DNA of 64,000 nt from Gemmatimonadales bacterium. GTDB taxonomy: Bacteria; Gemmatimonadota; Gemmatimonadetes; Gemmatimonadales; GWC2-71-9. The notes beneath the pieces were generated by a model that made no database searches, had not been told where the DNA came from, and saw only the letters and a program-made list of their open reading frames with translations. Shown here in pieces: positions 1 to 10,295 of this stretch (the stretch's first letter is position 1; each line of letters opens with the position of its first letter). A program made the translations under genes and the position numbers. Location: assembly GCA_965249575.1 (NCBI GenBank), contig OZ252244.1:2304001-2368000 (forward strand), in the 5' to 3' direction.

Positions 1-372
1 CAGATCGTGCAGGTCCGCGGACGTCTGGGGATCGTCGTCGAACACGTCGACGTGGGCCACCTGATACGAACGGTCTCCCCGGACGACCTCGCGCACGACG
101 TAGCGCTCCTGTCCGACAGTGAGAATGTTCGAGCAACCGTCAGGCAGCGGCCGATGAGCCGTGACGAATGCGACACACCCAACCTCCCCGGGGGCGGGTT
201 CAGGGTCCTGGTCGCCCCCCCGCTCCACGTAGGAAATGCCGAACCGCTTATCGGCGCTCAGGCAGTCGGCGAGAAGGTCTCGATATCGGGGCTCGAAGAT
301 GTGAAGGAGTTGTCTGGCCCCTGGGAAAAGGACGAGCGGGAGTGGAAAGAGTGGTAGCCGGACGCGCGACAT
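1..372 (-). CDS. LON peptidase substrate-binding (Lon N-terminal) domain protein, 3' end runs off the window
   Basis: My translation of the minus strand from ATG at 372 gives MSRVRLPLFPLPLVLFPGARQLLHIFEPRYRDLLADCL..., the LPLFPL..VLFPG..LHIFEPRY Lon-N signature. It is absent from the ORF track because there is no stop in the window. Confidence 0.88.
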   Translation of the reverse strand, partial: MSRVRLPLFPLPLVLFPGARQLLHIFEPRYRDLLADCLSADKRFGISYVERGGDQDPEPAPGEVGCVAFVTAHRPLPDGCSNILTVGQERYVVREVVRGDRSYQVAHVDVFDDDPQTSADLHDL

Positions 373-423
373 GAATCAAAGATACGTCGCCGTATGCGGA
401 GAGCGGGAGGCGGTCCGAGCACC

Positions 424-454
424 AAAAAAGGCGGCAGGCTCAACGCCTACCGCC
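424..454 (-). terminator. Rho-independent terminator after the sigma factor gene
   Basis: Minus strand reads GGCGGTAGGC-GTTGA-GCCTGCCGCC-TTTTTT, about 20 nt after the sigma stop codon. Confidence 0.75.
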
Positions 455-474
455 CTGGCACCCGGGTGCCGCGG

Positions 475-1365
475 CTACGCAGCGAGCCAGAAACCCTTGA
501 GCGTCCTCCCGTCGGGGCTCTCGCGCAGCTTCTCGAACGCTCGCTCTCGAATCTGGCGGATACGCTCGCGTGTTACACCCATGATCTCCCCGATGCGCTC
601 GAGCGTCATCCCCTCGGCGCCTTCCTCCAACCCGTAATACAGGTAGAGAATCTTCCGTTCCCGAGGAGTGAGGTACTTCTCCAGGATGCGGTCGATCAAT
701 TCCCGCATGAGCTTGTATTCGGTGCGCTCCTCGATGTCGATGCCTTCCTGAGACGTGAACCGCTCACCGAGGGTTGCGGCGTCCCGATCGGTGCGGTCGA
801 CGGGGGCGTCCAGTGAGATCTCGGCGGCCGTCATGCGCCGGGCCCCGCGCACGTTCTCGACCGAATCGTCGAGTGCCCGTGCGATTTCCGCATCGGTGGG
901 CTCTCTTCCGAGCTCCTGTGACAGGTACGTCTCCGTGCGGGCCATTCGGATCAAGTGGCTGTTCTGGTTCAGCGGGATGCGAACACTGCGCGTCTGTTCC
1001 GCCAGCGCCTTGAGCACCGCCTGCCGCACCCACCACACCGCGTACGAAATGAACTTCACGCCCTGATTGGGATCGAATTTCTTCACGGCCTTGAGGAGGC
1101 CCTCGTTCCCGATAGCGACCAACTCCGACAGGTCCAGCCCGTGACCCTGGTATTTCTTCACGTAGGAGATCACGAAGCGGAGGTTGGCCGTTACCAGGCG
1201 CTCCGCGGCTTCGGCGTCTCCCCGCTGCGCCCGGCGAGCCAGCCGTCTCTCTTCACCGCGGTCGCGAATCAGCGGCAGTTTCTGGATGTCATGAAGATAT
1301 TGGTCGAACGCTCCGGAAGGGCTGGTGCGAAAGAACGCTTTCGCTTTGGCGCGAACCTTGGCCAT
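475..1365 (-). CDS. RNA polymerase sigma-70 factor, RpoD/SigA-like, lacking region 1.1
   Basis: Region 2 (ANLRFVIS..KKY, KAVKKFDP..G.KF.SYAVWWVRQA) and region 4 HTH (TLERIGEIMGVTRERIRQI). Start placed at ATG 1365 (MAKVRAK); the ORF track extends to 1422. Confidence 0.92.
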   Translation of the reverse strand: MAKVRAKAKAFFRTSPSGAFDQYLHDIQKLPLIRDRGEERRLARRAQRGDAEAAERLVTANLRFVISYVKKYQGHGLDLSELVAIGNEGLLKAVKKFDPNQGVKFISYAVWWVRQAVLKALAEQTRSVRIPLNQNSHLIRMARTETYLSQELGREPTDAEIARALDDSVENVRGARRMTAAEISLDAPVDRTDRDAATLGERFTSQEGIDIEERTEYKLMRELIDRILEKYLTPRERKILYLYYGLEEGAEGMTLERIGEIMGVTRERIRQIRERAFEKLRESPDGRTLKGFWLAA

Positions 1366-1442
1366 ACGACTCCCCGAGTTGGGGTGACCGACGAAGAGAA
1401 TGGTTTGGCGAATCCCGCCCATGACTAGCGATGAGCGGGGCT

Positions 1443-1471
1443 ATTATAGGAGAGGGCTCAGACAGCGTCAA
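1443..1471 (-). promoter_or_regulatory. Near-consensus sigma-70 promoter for the sigma factor gene
   Basis: Minus strand TTGACG-17 bp-TATAAT, with an A/T-rich tract just upstream. Confidence 0.8.
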
Positions 1472-1660
1472 GCAAAAAAATTATCAACATCACAAACCGT
1501 TAGTAAAGAAGGGGTTCTGGATTTTGTCCACGTGGGCCGTTTGCGTGTTCAAAAACCCGAGTATCGTGTTACGCGTAAGCCACTGTAGTATATGTACTTA
1601 CACGCTGATGGAAATGTTATCGTTTTGTTGAAGGTTTGTGGATGGTTTTGTGCCCGAACG

Positions 1661-2761
1661 CTACAAGCTGTTGAGCACTGCCATGATAGTGGAAGTGGGG
1701 ACTGCCACGGTCCACTCGCCGCGGTCCCCGCGCACGATTTCCCCGGGCTGCTGGATGAGAGCAAAGTGAATCGCGCCGTCGCGGGCCTTTTTGTCCTTTT
1801 GCATGGCCTCGAGCATGCGGTCGGGCTGGGCTTCCTCCGGGAAATCGGTTGGCAGGCCGCACGTCGCGACCGTGCGTCGAACGGCCTCGACGGTCTTCCG
1901 GTCACTCGCTCCGATGGCCGCCGCGATCTCGGTCTCCACGATCATGCCGAGCGCCACGGCTTCGCCATGCAGCAGGGAATAGCCGGTCGTGGCCTCCAGG
2001 GCGTGGCCTACGGTGTGGCCGAAGTTGAGCGTCGCACGTCGGCCGGCCTCGCGCTCGTCATCGGACACGATATCGACCTTGACCCTAATGCTCCGCTCGA
2101 TGAGGTCGATCAGGGTGGCGGGATCACGGGCGAACACCAGCTCTCGCGCGGCTTCGATCGAGTCCAACAGAGCCGGGTCGGCGATGTAGCCATGTTTGAG
2201 GGCCTCTGCGAGTCCGGCGACCAGTTGGTGTCGCGGGAGCTTGCCGAGGGCGGAGGCGTCGGCCACCACCAATCGCGGCTGGTGGAAGGCCCCAACGAGG
2301 TTCTTGCCGAACGCTGTGTCGACCCCGGTCTTGCCGCCGATCGAGCTGTCGATCATTGCGAGGAGTGTTGTGGGTACCTGCGCGTACGGGACCCCGCGGA
2401 GGTAGGTGGCTGCCACGAACCCCGCGAGGTCGCCGGTAACGCCGCCGCCCAGCGCGACGATCGCGCCGTCCCTGGCGAGGCCCGACTCCAAGAGTTGATC
2501 GGTCAGCGCCTGCCACGTCTCGCGCGTTTTGTTCCGTTCCCCGGCGGGGAACGTCGCCACGGTGGTCGGCGCATGTTCCCGCAGCGCCTCCTCGATTTGC
2601 CCGCCGAACAGGTTGGCAACCGTGGAGTCGGCGATGATGCCGTACTGCCTCGCCGGCATCGTGTCGGTCAGCAGGTCGGGAAGCTCGGCCAGCACGCCGT
2701 CACCTAGAACGATGTCGTATGCCGCGGGGCCGAGCGGAACGCGAATGACCGAGCGAGTTAT
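1661..2761 (-). CDS. aroB: 3-dehydroquinate synthase
   Basis: Motifs ALGGGVTGDLAGF, QVPTTLLAMIDSSIGGKTG, KNLVGAFHQP, LNFGHTVGHALE, LLHGEAVALG. Start uncertain: an ATA at 2761 overlaps the phzF-like stop. Confidence 0.93.
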   Translation of the reverse strand: MTRSVIRVPLGPAAYDIVLGDGVLAELPDLLTDTMPARQYGIIADSTVANLFGGQIEEALREHAPTTVATFPAGERNKTRETWQALTDQLLESGLARDGAIVALGGGVTGDLAGFVAATYLRGVPYAQVPTTLLAMIDSSIGGKTGVDTAFGKNLVGAFHQPRLVVADASALGKLPRHQLVAGLAEALKHGYIADPALLDSIEAARELVFARDPATLIDLIERSIRVKVDIVSDDEREAGRRATLNFGHTVGHALEATTGYSLLHGEAVALGMIVETEIAAAIGASDRKTVEAVRRTVATCGLPTDFPEEAQPDRMLEAMQKDKKARDGAIHFALIQQPGEIVRGDRGEWTVAVPTSTIMAVLNSL

Positions 2762-3675
2762 ATCGTCACCTCGCCCTTGATCACCGTAACGGCCTCGCCG
2801 CCGACGCGAACCTCTGTGATTTCTCCGCCGTTCCCGACGGCGATCTCGACGTCGATGCGGCTGGGACGGCCGATCTCGATTCCTTGTTCCACCGTAATCA
2901 TCGCGATCCCATCGTGCGGCCGGACGACGCCGTGCCACACCAGGAAGGAGCCGAGCGCCCCCGCGGCGCTCCCGGTGGCGGGATCCTCGGGGACACCGAG
3001 TCCCGGTGCGAACATCCGGCAGTGCACCGTCGCGTCAGGCGACACGGTCTCCAGAGCGTAACACATGGCGCAATCGGTACCCAGCTCGCGCAGGAGCGCG
3101 GCGAGCGTTGCTCCCTGTCCACCACTCGGAAGTGACTGTAACGCTGCCAGTGAGCGCACGGGGACGATGAGCTGGGGAAGCGCGGTCGAAACGACCTGTG
3201 GGGCGGGTTCCGTTGGGACCGTGGCGTGATCTCCACCGAGCGCCTCTCCAAGCGGCATGTTGGTCGGCACGCTTTCACCGAACTGAGGCAGTGACTGCGT
3301 CATCACTACGCGCGTCGGCGATCCTTTTTTCACGGTGATGTCGACCGGGAGCACCCCGTTACCAGTCTCCTGGTAGACCCGCAGGACATCGTCTTCGGGA
3401 AGGTCGATCTCACCGGTCTGACCCAGCATCCACCACGTTCCAATCGTGGGGTGCCCAGCCAGCGGAATCTCGGCCGTGGGCGTAAAGAACCGGACGCGGC
3501 GCGTGGCGGTGCTCGAGGGCGTAACGAACGTCGTCTCGGACAGGTTCATCTCTCGCGCGAGGGCCTGCATCTTTTCCGCGGTCAGTCCTTCGGCTCGCGG
3601 GAATACGGCGAGCGGATTGCCCTTTAGCGGGGTATCGGTGAACACGTCGAGTTGATGGAACACGTAGGTCAACAT
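2758..3675 (-). CDS. PhzF family (phenazine biosynthesis-like) isomerase
   Basis: DVFT..PL.GNPLAV, EMNLSETTF, E.PLAGHPTIG, EDPATGSAAG, EQG.EIGRPS. Confidence 0.92.
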   Translation of the reverse strand: MLTYVFHQLDVFTDTPLKGNPLAVFPRAEGLTAEKMQALAREMNLSETTFVTPSSTATRRVRFFTPTAEIPLAGHPTIGTWWMLGQTGEIDLPEDDVLRVYQETGNGVLPVDITVKKGSPTRVVMTQSLPQFGESVPTNMPLGEALGGDHATVPTEPAPQVVSTALPQLIVPVRSLAALQSLPSGGQGATLAALLRELGTDCAMCYALETVSPDATVHCRMFAPGLGVPEDPATGSAAGALGSFLVWHGVVRPHDGIAMITVEQGIEIGRPSRIDVEIAVGNGGEITEVRVGGEAVTVIKGEVTI

Positions 3676-3678
3676 GGG

Positions 3679-4221
3679 TCACCAAATCCGGTCCGGCACG
3701 TTGGCCCGGTGATTTGCGAGCCGCGCGAACACGAACAGGAGATCGGATAGGCGGTTGAGGTACGCCAGGATGACGGGCGGCACGTCCGTGTTCAGGCTGA
3801 GGGCCACGACCGAACGCTCCGCCCGGCGGCAGACGGTGCGAGCGACGTGAAACGCGGCCGCCTTTGGGGCGCCCCCCGGAAGCACGAAGGCGCTCAGTGG
3901 GGCGAGCTCGGCGGTGGCAACATCGATCGCGGCCTCGAGTCGCCTTACCCGATCCGGTGACACAGCGGCCTTCTGAAGTGTATCGGAGACTTTGTTTGGG
4001 TGGGGGCTCGATAACAGCGCGCCGATAGCAAACAAATCTTGCTGGATCGACGCGAGGAGTTCGGGCTCCACGTCCGGCTCGCAGGCACCAGCCACACCGA
4101 TCGTGCTGTTCAGCTCGTCTACATCGCCGCACGCCGCGATCCGGGCGTGATTCTTTTCCACTCGGCCACCGCCAAAGAGCGCCGTTTGGCCCCTGTCGCC
4201 GGTTCTAGTGTAGATCTTCAC
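3679..4221 (-). CDS. ATP:cob(I)alamin adenosyltransferase, PduO type
   Basis: (V)KIYTRTGD.G.T, GDVDELNS, ARTVCRRAER, YLNRLSDLLF. GTG start at 4221. Confidence 0.93.
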   Translation of the reverse strand: MKIYTRTGDRGQTALFGGGRVEKNHARIAACGDVDELNSTIGVAGACEPDVEPELLASIQQDLFAIGALLSSPHPNKVSDTLQKAAVSPDRVRRLEAAIDVATAELAPLSAFVLPGGAPKAAAFHVARTVCRRAERSVVALSLNTDVPPVILAYLNRLSDLLFVFARLANHRANVPDRIW

Positions 4222-4390
4222 GGTGGGATTCAAAGTAGGTGCCGCCCCAACCGGCGGCAAGGCGTTAGATTACGTGCGAGTGTGCGCGATTGTGCGATAT
4301 CTGATCGGCGGGCACGGCTCGGCTGAGCCAGGCTCCGCCGATTTCTGTCTCCGGCAGCCAACCAGTGGCGATCTCTGCGACGCGATCGGT

Positions 4391-5728
4391 GTGACCGGGC
4401 GCGCCGTGCTCTTAGGGCTTGTCCTGTTCGGGGCCGGCGCCAGCGTCGGCTCTTCCCAGGAGCCCATCGGCGGTCGACGAATCGTGCGGTCGGTTTCGTT
4501 CGAAGGGAACCGGGCGGTGGACGATTACACGCTCGAGATCTCAATCGCGACCTCGCAATCCAAGACCATCTTCGCCCGGACCCCGTGGCTCCGGTGGCTC
4601 CCGTTCGGGGAGAAGAGGTATTTGAACGAGACGGAACTGCGTCGAGACGTGCTCCGAATCCTACTTCTATACCGTCAGAACGGTTTCCTCGAGGCGCAGG
4701 TCGACACCGTAGTCACGCGCACGGCGTCGGACGCCAGTATTCGGTTCTTGGTCTACGAAGGGGAGCCCGTCCGAATCGAGTCCATCACGCTCTCCGGTGC
4801 CGAAGACGTCATTCCCAATCGGGAGCTCCAGCGCGGCGTACCGCTCCGCGTCGGTGAACCGTTCAATCGGTTTCTGCTCCGCGCATCGGCGGACACGATC
4901 CGCGCGTCTCTGCGCAATCGCGGGCACCCCCATGCGGAGGTCTATCGGAATTTCGACCTCGACGCCGAGGCACGGGAGGCGCGTGTTCAATTCGACGTGG
5001 TTCCGGGCGCGCGCGCGATCGTGGGCGAGATACTCGTCAGTGGAACGGATCGGGTCGAAGAAGCGGTCGTTCGCAAAATGCTGGCGATTCAGCCGGGTCA
5101 GCCGTTCAGTCAGGAAGCGCTGTATGAAAGTCAGCGGGACCTCTATCGCATGGACATTTTCGGCTACGTCAATGTCGTGCTGGATGATTCGCTCCCAAAG
5201 GATGACGGGGACTCGCTGGTGAGCATTCGCGTGCAGGTATCTGAGGGCGCGCTCCATCAAGTTCGTGCCGGGGCCGGGTACGGTACCAACGATTGCATTC
5301 GCACGTTGGCGAGCTGGACCGCCCGTGCGTTCTTCGGAGGCGGCCGGTCCCTCGAGGTGAATGCGCGAACCTCAAAGATCGGGACCGGCCCGCCGTTCGA
5401 TTGGGGTTTTCAGCGGAATGTGTGCCTCGGGCTACGCAACGAGGAGGATTCAGAACAGGGGAGAGAGCGGCTCAAGCTGAATTACAATGTCTCGGCGACG
5501 ATGCGCGAGCCGTTTTTCTTCTCGCGCCGGACCCAGGCCGCGGTCTCACTGTTCGCGGAGCGGCGGTCGGAAGTCAACGCGTTCCTGAGCGATGCAGTGG
5601 GCGGCGAACTGTCGCTTTCCCGGCGGCGGTCGTGGATTCGGTGGGGATCTTCGAGCCGGCGCTTGTGCGGACCCTCGGGTTGGCTCCGTCCGATACCACC
5701 CCTCCTCCCGCGGGGTCTCTGGTGCTGA
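4391..5728 (+). pseudogene. BamA/TamA (Omp85) family outer-membrane protein, C-terminally truncated near 5620
   Basis: Signal peptide, POTRA-like repeats (VSFEGN, LYRQNGF, LRNRGHPHA) and the start of the barrel. Similarity ends at GGELSLSRR; most of the beta-barrel is missing. Confidence 0.75.
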
Positions 5729-7950
5729 CCGCCGAAGTGAGCGGTGCGCTTCAGAACTACGCCGTCTCCGCCAGAGCGCGTGCCGACAGCGTTCGCTGGC
5801 GAGATATCGAGCTGTTCGACGGTCGGATTCGAGGTTTTTGGGAGAGCGCCGACAGCGGACTGGTGCGGCTGGACGGTGCGGTGGACTCCCTAGCGGTGAG
5901 CCGTTTTGCGTTCTCCGGGATCGAAGCGCGGGTGGACGGCCGCCGCGACCGGTTCGATTGGGAGGCGCAGGCTCGGTTGGGAGAGGATGGCTCGTGGATT
6001 TCCGGTGGCCGTTGGGAGGCGGACTCAACCTCCGTCACGATGCCGATCGACTCCATGGCAGTGCTGCTCTCCGATCACGTGTGGTTTCTGGACGATGGAG
6101 CGGCACTCGTCTTTCGGGAGGGAACGATCGGCTTCGACGACTTCTCACTGACAACATCCGATGGCGGGGGGACGGTGTCGCTGGCCGGCGTTTGGGGGGG
6201 CGACGGGTCGGGTGTGGTATCGGCGGCTGTCGTCTCGCTTCCGGTTGAGGGTGCGTGGGCGCTCGCGCAAATGGACCCCGAGCGGACCGGGGGCTCCATC
6301 AGTGGGACGTTGGATCTCGGCGGGACCTCCGGGGACCCGGTGGTCCGCGTGGCGGTATCACTTCGCGATGGGAGGTTCGGTGACTTCCAGGCCCCTTTGA
6401 TTGAAGGCACGGCCGAGTATGCGGACTCCGTGCTCGAGGGGTCCTTCGGGTTGTGGCGGTTGGGGGAGAAGATTCTGGGAATCGACGGCCGGCTTCCCGT
6501 CGATCTCGCCTTGGCCGCGGTCCCCGAGCGTCGGTTGGATGGCCAAATCATGGTGCGGGCGGTTGGGGACGACGTTGACATGTCCTTCATGGAGGCGGTG
6601 ACCCCGGTGGTGGAGCGAGCGGGCGGCCGCTTCACTGCCGATGTGGGGATCACGGGAACGTGGGAGCGCCCGCGCGTTCGGGGGGAGATCACCATCTCCG
6701 ATGGCGCCGGGACCTTTCCGGCGATTGGAGTGAGACACCGCGGAATAGAAGGGAGGGCCACGCTCTCCGGTGACAGCATCCGTGTCGAGCGCCTGGTAAT
6801 CAACAGCGGTCGCGGCGCCATAGAGGTCCAGGGAGTGGTGCGATTGGAGGGATTGACGCGCCCAATCACGGACCTCCGCATTACGGCTCGAGAGTTCCTG
6901 ACCATCGACGTGCCGAACTTCCTGACCATCGTGTCGTCCGGAGATTTGCAGCTGCAGGGGCCACTCATCGGCTCGACGCTGACCGGGCGGGGGACCGCCA
7001 CCAGCGGCGTTCTGTACTTCGCCGATCTCGTGACGAAGAGGGTCATCAATCTCGAGGACCCACTCTATGCCGACGTGATCGATACATCGTTGATCCGGCG
7101 GCAGGGCCTTGGAGCCGAGTTCCCCAGTCGCTTCCTGGACAGCCTCACCATCTCGGGACTCGAGCTGGACATGGGCAGAGAGGTTTGGCTCAGGTCGGGC
7201 GAAGCGAACATCCAGCTCACGGGCTCCGTCGTGGCGAACAAGCTTGGCACCCAGTACCGGCTCGATGGCACGCTTTCAACGCCGCGCGGGACGTATCGAT
7301 TGCCGATCGGGCCAGTGACCAGGGAGTTCGTCGTCACCCAGGGCGAGGTCAGGTACTTCGGAACGCCGGACCTGAGCGCCGGTTTGGATATTGACGCGCG
7401 CCATGTCGTGCGAACGGCGCGGAGTGGAGACGTCACGGTGTTTGTCAATGTAGGGAGAACGCTCTACGTGCCCCGGCTGACGCTCACCAGCGATATTCGC
7501 CCGCCGATATCCGAGACCGAGATCATCTCGTACCTCTTGGTGGGCGCTCCGAGTATCGCCGCCGCGGCAGCCGGCCAAGCCAGCCTGATCCAGCAGGGCG
7601 TCGCCCAGCTCGCCGGCGTCCTGTCCGGTCAGCTGGAGAGTTCGTTGATTTCCGATATTGGAATTCCACTCGACTACATCGAGATACGTCCCGGTGATAT
7701 TGGTGCGGGGTTTTCGGGGACCGAGATTGCCCTCGGCAAGCAGGTATGGGATCGCTGGTTCATTACCTTGAGCCCGCGCATCTGCCCCAGGCGCCAGCTC
7801 CTAGAGAATCTGGGCGCAGGATTGGAGTTTCGGATGAGCTCACAGTGGAAGCTCTCGGCGAACGTCGATCGCAGCTGTTCGCCAGTGGGAGCAGGCACCG
7901 ATCTCAACTATCAGCTCGGCTTGGATCTGCTCTGGGAGAAGCGCTACTGA
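5620..7950 (+). pseudogene. TamB (translocation and assembly module) protein, N-terminally truncated
   Basis: Beta-rich body and a TamB-like C-terminus (RYFGTPDL...LTLTSD..P.SETEIISYLL.G...LDLLWEKRY). The frame becomes TamB-like abruptly near 5620 with no N-terminal anchor. Confidence 0.75.
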
Positions 7951-8843
7951 TGTCCCGCCGTGTCTTGCTGATAACGAACCCAGTCGCCGCGCGCAGCAGC
8001 CCAACGGTTGTTCGGGAGATCGAAGATTGGCTTCGAGCCGAAGGGTGCCAGGTGGACGTAGCCGGCACGAACCGGCCCGAGGACACGGAAAAGCTAGCTG
8101 CGTCGGGTATCGCCGACGGCGTCGATGTGATCGCGGTCTACGGTGGCGATGGCACGGTGAGCCACGCGATTGGAGCCGTGGTGGGACATTCGGTTCCGCT
8201 CGCCTTGATCCCGGGAGGGACTGGGAACCTGCTGGCCCACAACCTGGGCTTGCCACGACAGCCGAAGGAGGCGGCGCGCGCGATTGTTCGCGGCGTCCCA
8301 AAGCCGGTGGACATCGGGCGGGTCGTGCGGGAGGGAGGGGAGCAATACTTCACCGTGGCGTGTGGGGCGGGTTTTGACGCAGAGATCATGCTCCGCACGT
8401 CCGGCCGGGCGAAACGCCGGTGGGGAAGCGCGGCCTACATCGCTGGGGCGTGGGGAAGCCTCCCGACCGTTGCGGCGGTGACGCACCGCGTAACAGTGGA
8501 CGATCAAGTGCTCGACCTCGACGCGACGACCGTGTTCGTCGCGAACTGCCGAGACGTGTTTCCACCGTTCGTCAGGCTGCGGGAGGGCACTGCACTCGAT
8601 GACGGCTGGTTCGACGTCGTGGCGCTGAAGGCGAATGGGGTGCTCCAGAGCTTGTCCGTTGTCGGGCAGCTGCTGTTCCGCCGGGAGGCGGCAACCAACG
8701 GCGTCCGCTACGCGCGCGGCCGGACGGTCACCGTGGAATGCGGTTCCGTTCGTCCCGTCCAGCTCGACGGAGAGAACGCGGGCACAACACCGTTCACCGC
8801 GGAGCTGCTGCCAGGGGGTATCGGAGTTTTGGTCGAGTCCTGA
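7950..8843 (+). CDS. Diacylglycerol kinase family (YegS/DgkB-like) lipid kinase
   Basis: NP.A, GGDGTV, PGGTGNLLA, QLDGE. The ATG overlaps the tamB stop. Confidence 0.92.
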   Translation: MSRRVLLITNPVAARSSPTVVREIEDWLRAEGCQVDVAGTNRPEDTEKLAASGIADGVDVIAVYGGDGTVSHAIGAVVGHSVPLALIPGGTGNLLAHNLGLPRQPKEAARAIVRGVPKPVDIGRVVREGGEQYFTVACGAGFDAEIMLRTSGRAKRRWGSAAYIAGAWGSLPTVAAVTHRVTVDDQVLDLDATTVFVANCRDVFPPFVRLREGTALDDGWFDVVALKANGVLQSLSVVGQLLFRREAATNGVRYARGRTVTVECGSVRPVQLDGENAGTTPFTAELLPGGIGVLVES

Positions 8844-8919
8844 CCCCTCGGCCATGTGGCCCTACCGAACCGACAGCGGCGCCCCATATTACGATGAACT
8901 CGCGACGAAGGAACCGTGC

Positions 8920-9090
8920 ATGCCAAAGGAAGTCGATGCCATGGTATGCCGCGCCTGCGGCAAGGAGGAGCGAGCGTCCGAGGGCTACCCATGCACCGAG
9001 TGCGGCACCTTCGTTTGCCTGATCTGTTCCTTCCGAGGCGTGATCTTGTGCAAGGCATGCCAGGCCAAGGTGGGAGAAAAGAGTCCGTAG
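8920..9090 (+). CDS. Small 56-aa protein with four CxxC pairs (putative double zinc finger)
   Basis: MPKEVDAMVCRACGKEERASEGYPCTECGTFVCLICSFRGVILCKACQAKVGEKSP, with AAGGA upstream of the ATG. It is the C-terminal part of the 8635..9090 ORF. Confidence 0.75.
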   Translation: MPKEVDAMVCRACGKEERASEGYPCTECGTFVCLICSFRGVILCKACQAKVGEKSP

Positions 9091-9211
9091 CGGGCTCAAC
9101 GATTCAGGATAGACCCGTCCAGGCCGCGGGCATGCCTCCGGGTCGTTTTCGAAGAACTGGTACCGATCCGTCGCTCATTGCCGGAATCCCGGCAGTTTCA
9201 GCCGACCGCTA

Positions 9212-10206
9212 GTGCCAGTGCCCTCACACCGCCCATCACTCACAGATGTTGAAGGTCTGTTGGTCGGCCATGCTACCGATCGGGACGCCGGGACGGGTTG
9301 CACCGTGATACTGGCTCCCGAGGGGGGAATGCGAGCATCGGCGTCCGTTCGGGGCAGGGCCACTGGCACCCGGGAGTTCGATGTGCTATCCCCGCGACAT
9401 CTGGTGCCCGAGGTAAAGCCGTCTTTCTGACCGGCGGTTCCGCGTTCGGCCTCGGCGCGACGGACGGCGCCGTCCGGTGGCTCGCCGAGCGCAAACGCGG
9501 GTTCAGTGTGGGTGTTGGGGTGGTTCCCAGAGTACCGGCTGCGGTCGTATTCGATTTGGCCCCAATTGGCCGGTCAGACCGCTGGCCGACAGCGGACGAT
9601 GGCTACGCGGCGTGCGCCGCCGCGGGGCGAACGGTGGCAGAGGGATCGGTGGGCGTCGGGACGGGCGCGACCGTTGGCAAGGCCCTGGGTGCCGGGAGTG
9701 CGATGAAGGGGGGCCTCGGGACGTGGTCGGAGCGGCGCGGGGAGCTGATCGTGGCCGCCCTCGCCGTCGTGAACGCTTTCGGTGACGTCCGAGACGACGG
9801 AGGGCAGATTCTTGCGGGCGCGAGGGGCCCCGCGGGATTTCTCGATGCCCGGCGGTATCTGGCGGATGGCGGTGAGCCTGGGGGCTCGTTCGCCCGGACC
9901 GGAACGAACACGACACTGGTGGTGGTTGGTACCAACGCAGTATTGGACCGAGAGGACCTGGCCGGGGTCGCGCACATGGCGGCCGACGCGGTAGGACAGC
10001 GTGTCACCCCGGCTGGGACACGGTATGACGGCGACGTGATTTTCGCCGTTTCGACGAGTCGAGTGACGGGAACCTCCGCCATTGGGATCGAGGTGCTTGC
10101 ACAAGCGGCCACCGCACGCGCCATTGAACGCGCCGTGTTGCTGGCGAAGGGCACTGACAGCGTTCCCGGATTGGGCGACCCGGGCGGGAGGCTCGAAACG
10201 GCCTAG
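9212..10206 (+). pseudogene. P1/S58 (DmpA-like) peptidase, one-base frameshift near 9415-9417
   Basis: The N-part (LTDVEGLLVGH...TGCTV...RG.ATGTRE) is in one frame and the C-part (AVFLTGGSAFGL, EGSVGVGTGA, NTTL, DGDVIFA) in the next. One base is missing at GTA AA- GCC. Confidence 0.85.
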
Positions 10207-10295
10207 CCGAGACTCCGTTGCGAAGCCGACGGGACCTCGCCGATTAGCCTTCAAGCTCGAAGCACACCGCCGGCGTTCGCAGTGGAGTCAGTCTT

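Noticed and set aside
1472..1660. Replication origin or dif site
   Set aside because: Only degenerate DnaA-like boxes, no dnaA/dnaN/gidA context, and no good match to the 11-6-11 XerC/XerD consensus.
1592..2707. Long antisense or alternative-frame ORFs (e.g. 1592..2707+, 19201..20229+, 28471..29667+, 35288..36610-, 40347..41804+)
   Set aside because: They shadow well-supported genes, carry no recognisable motifs, and are expected in high-GC DNA with few stop codons.
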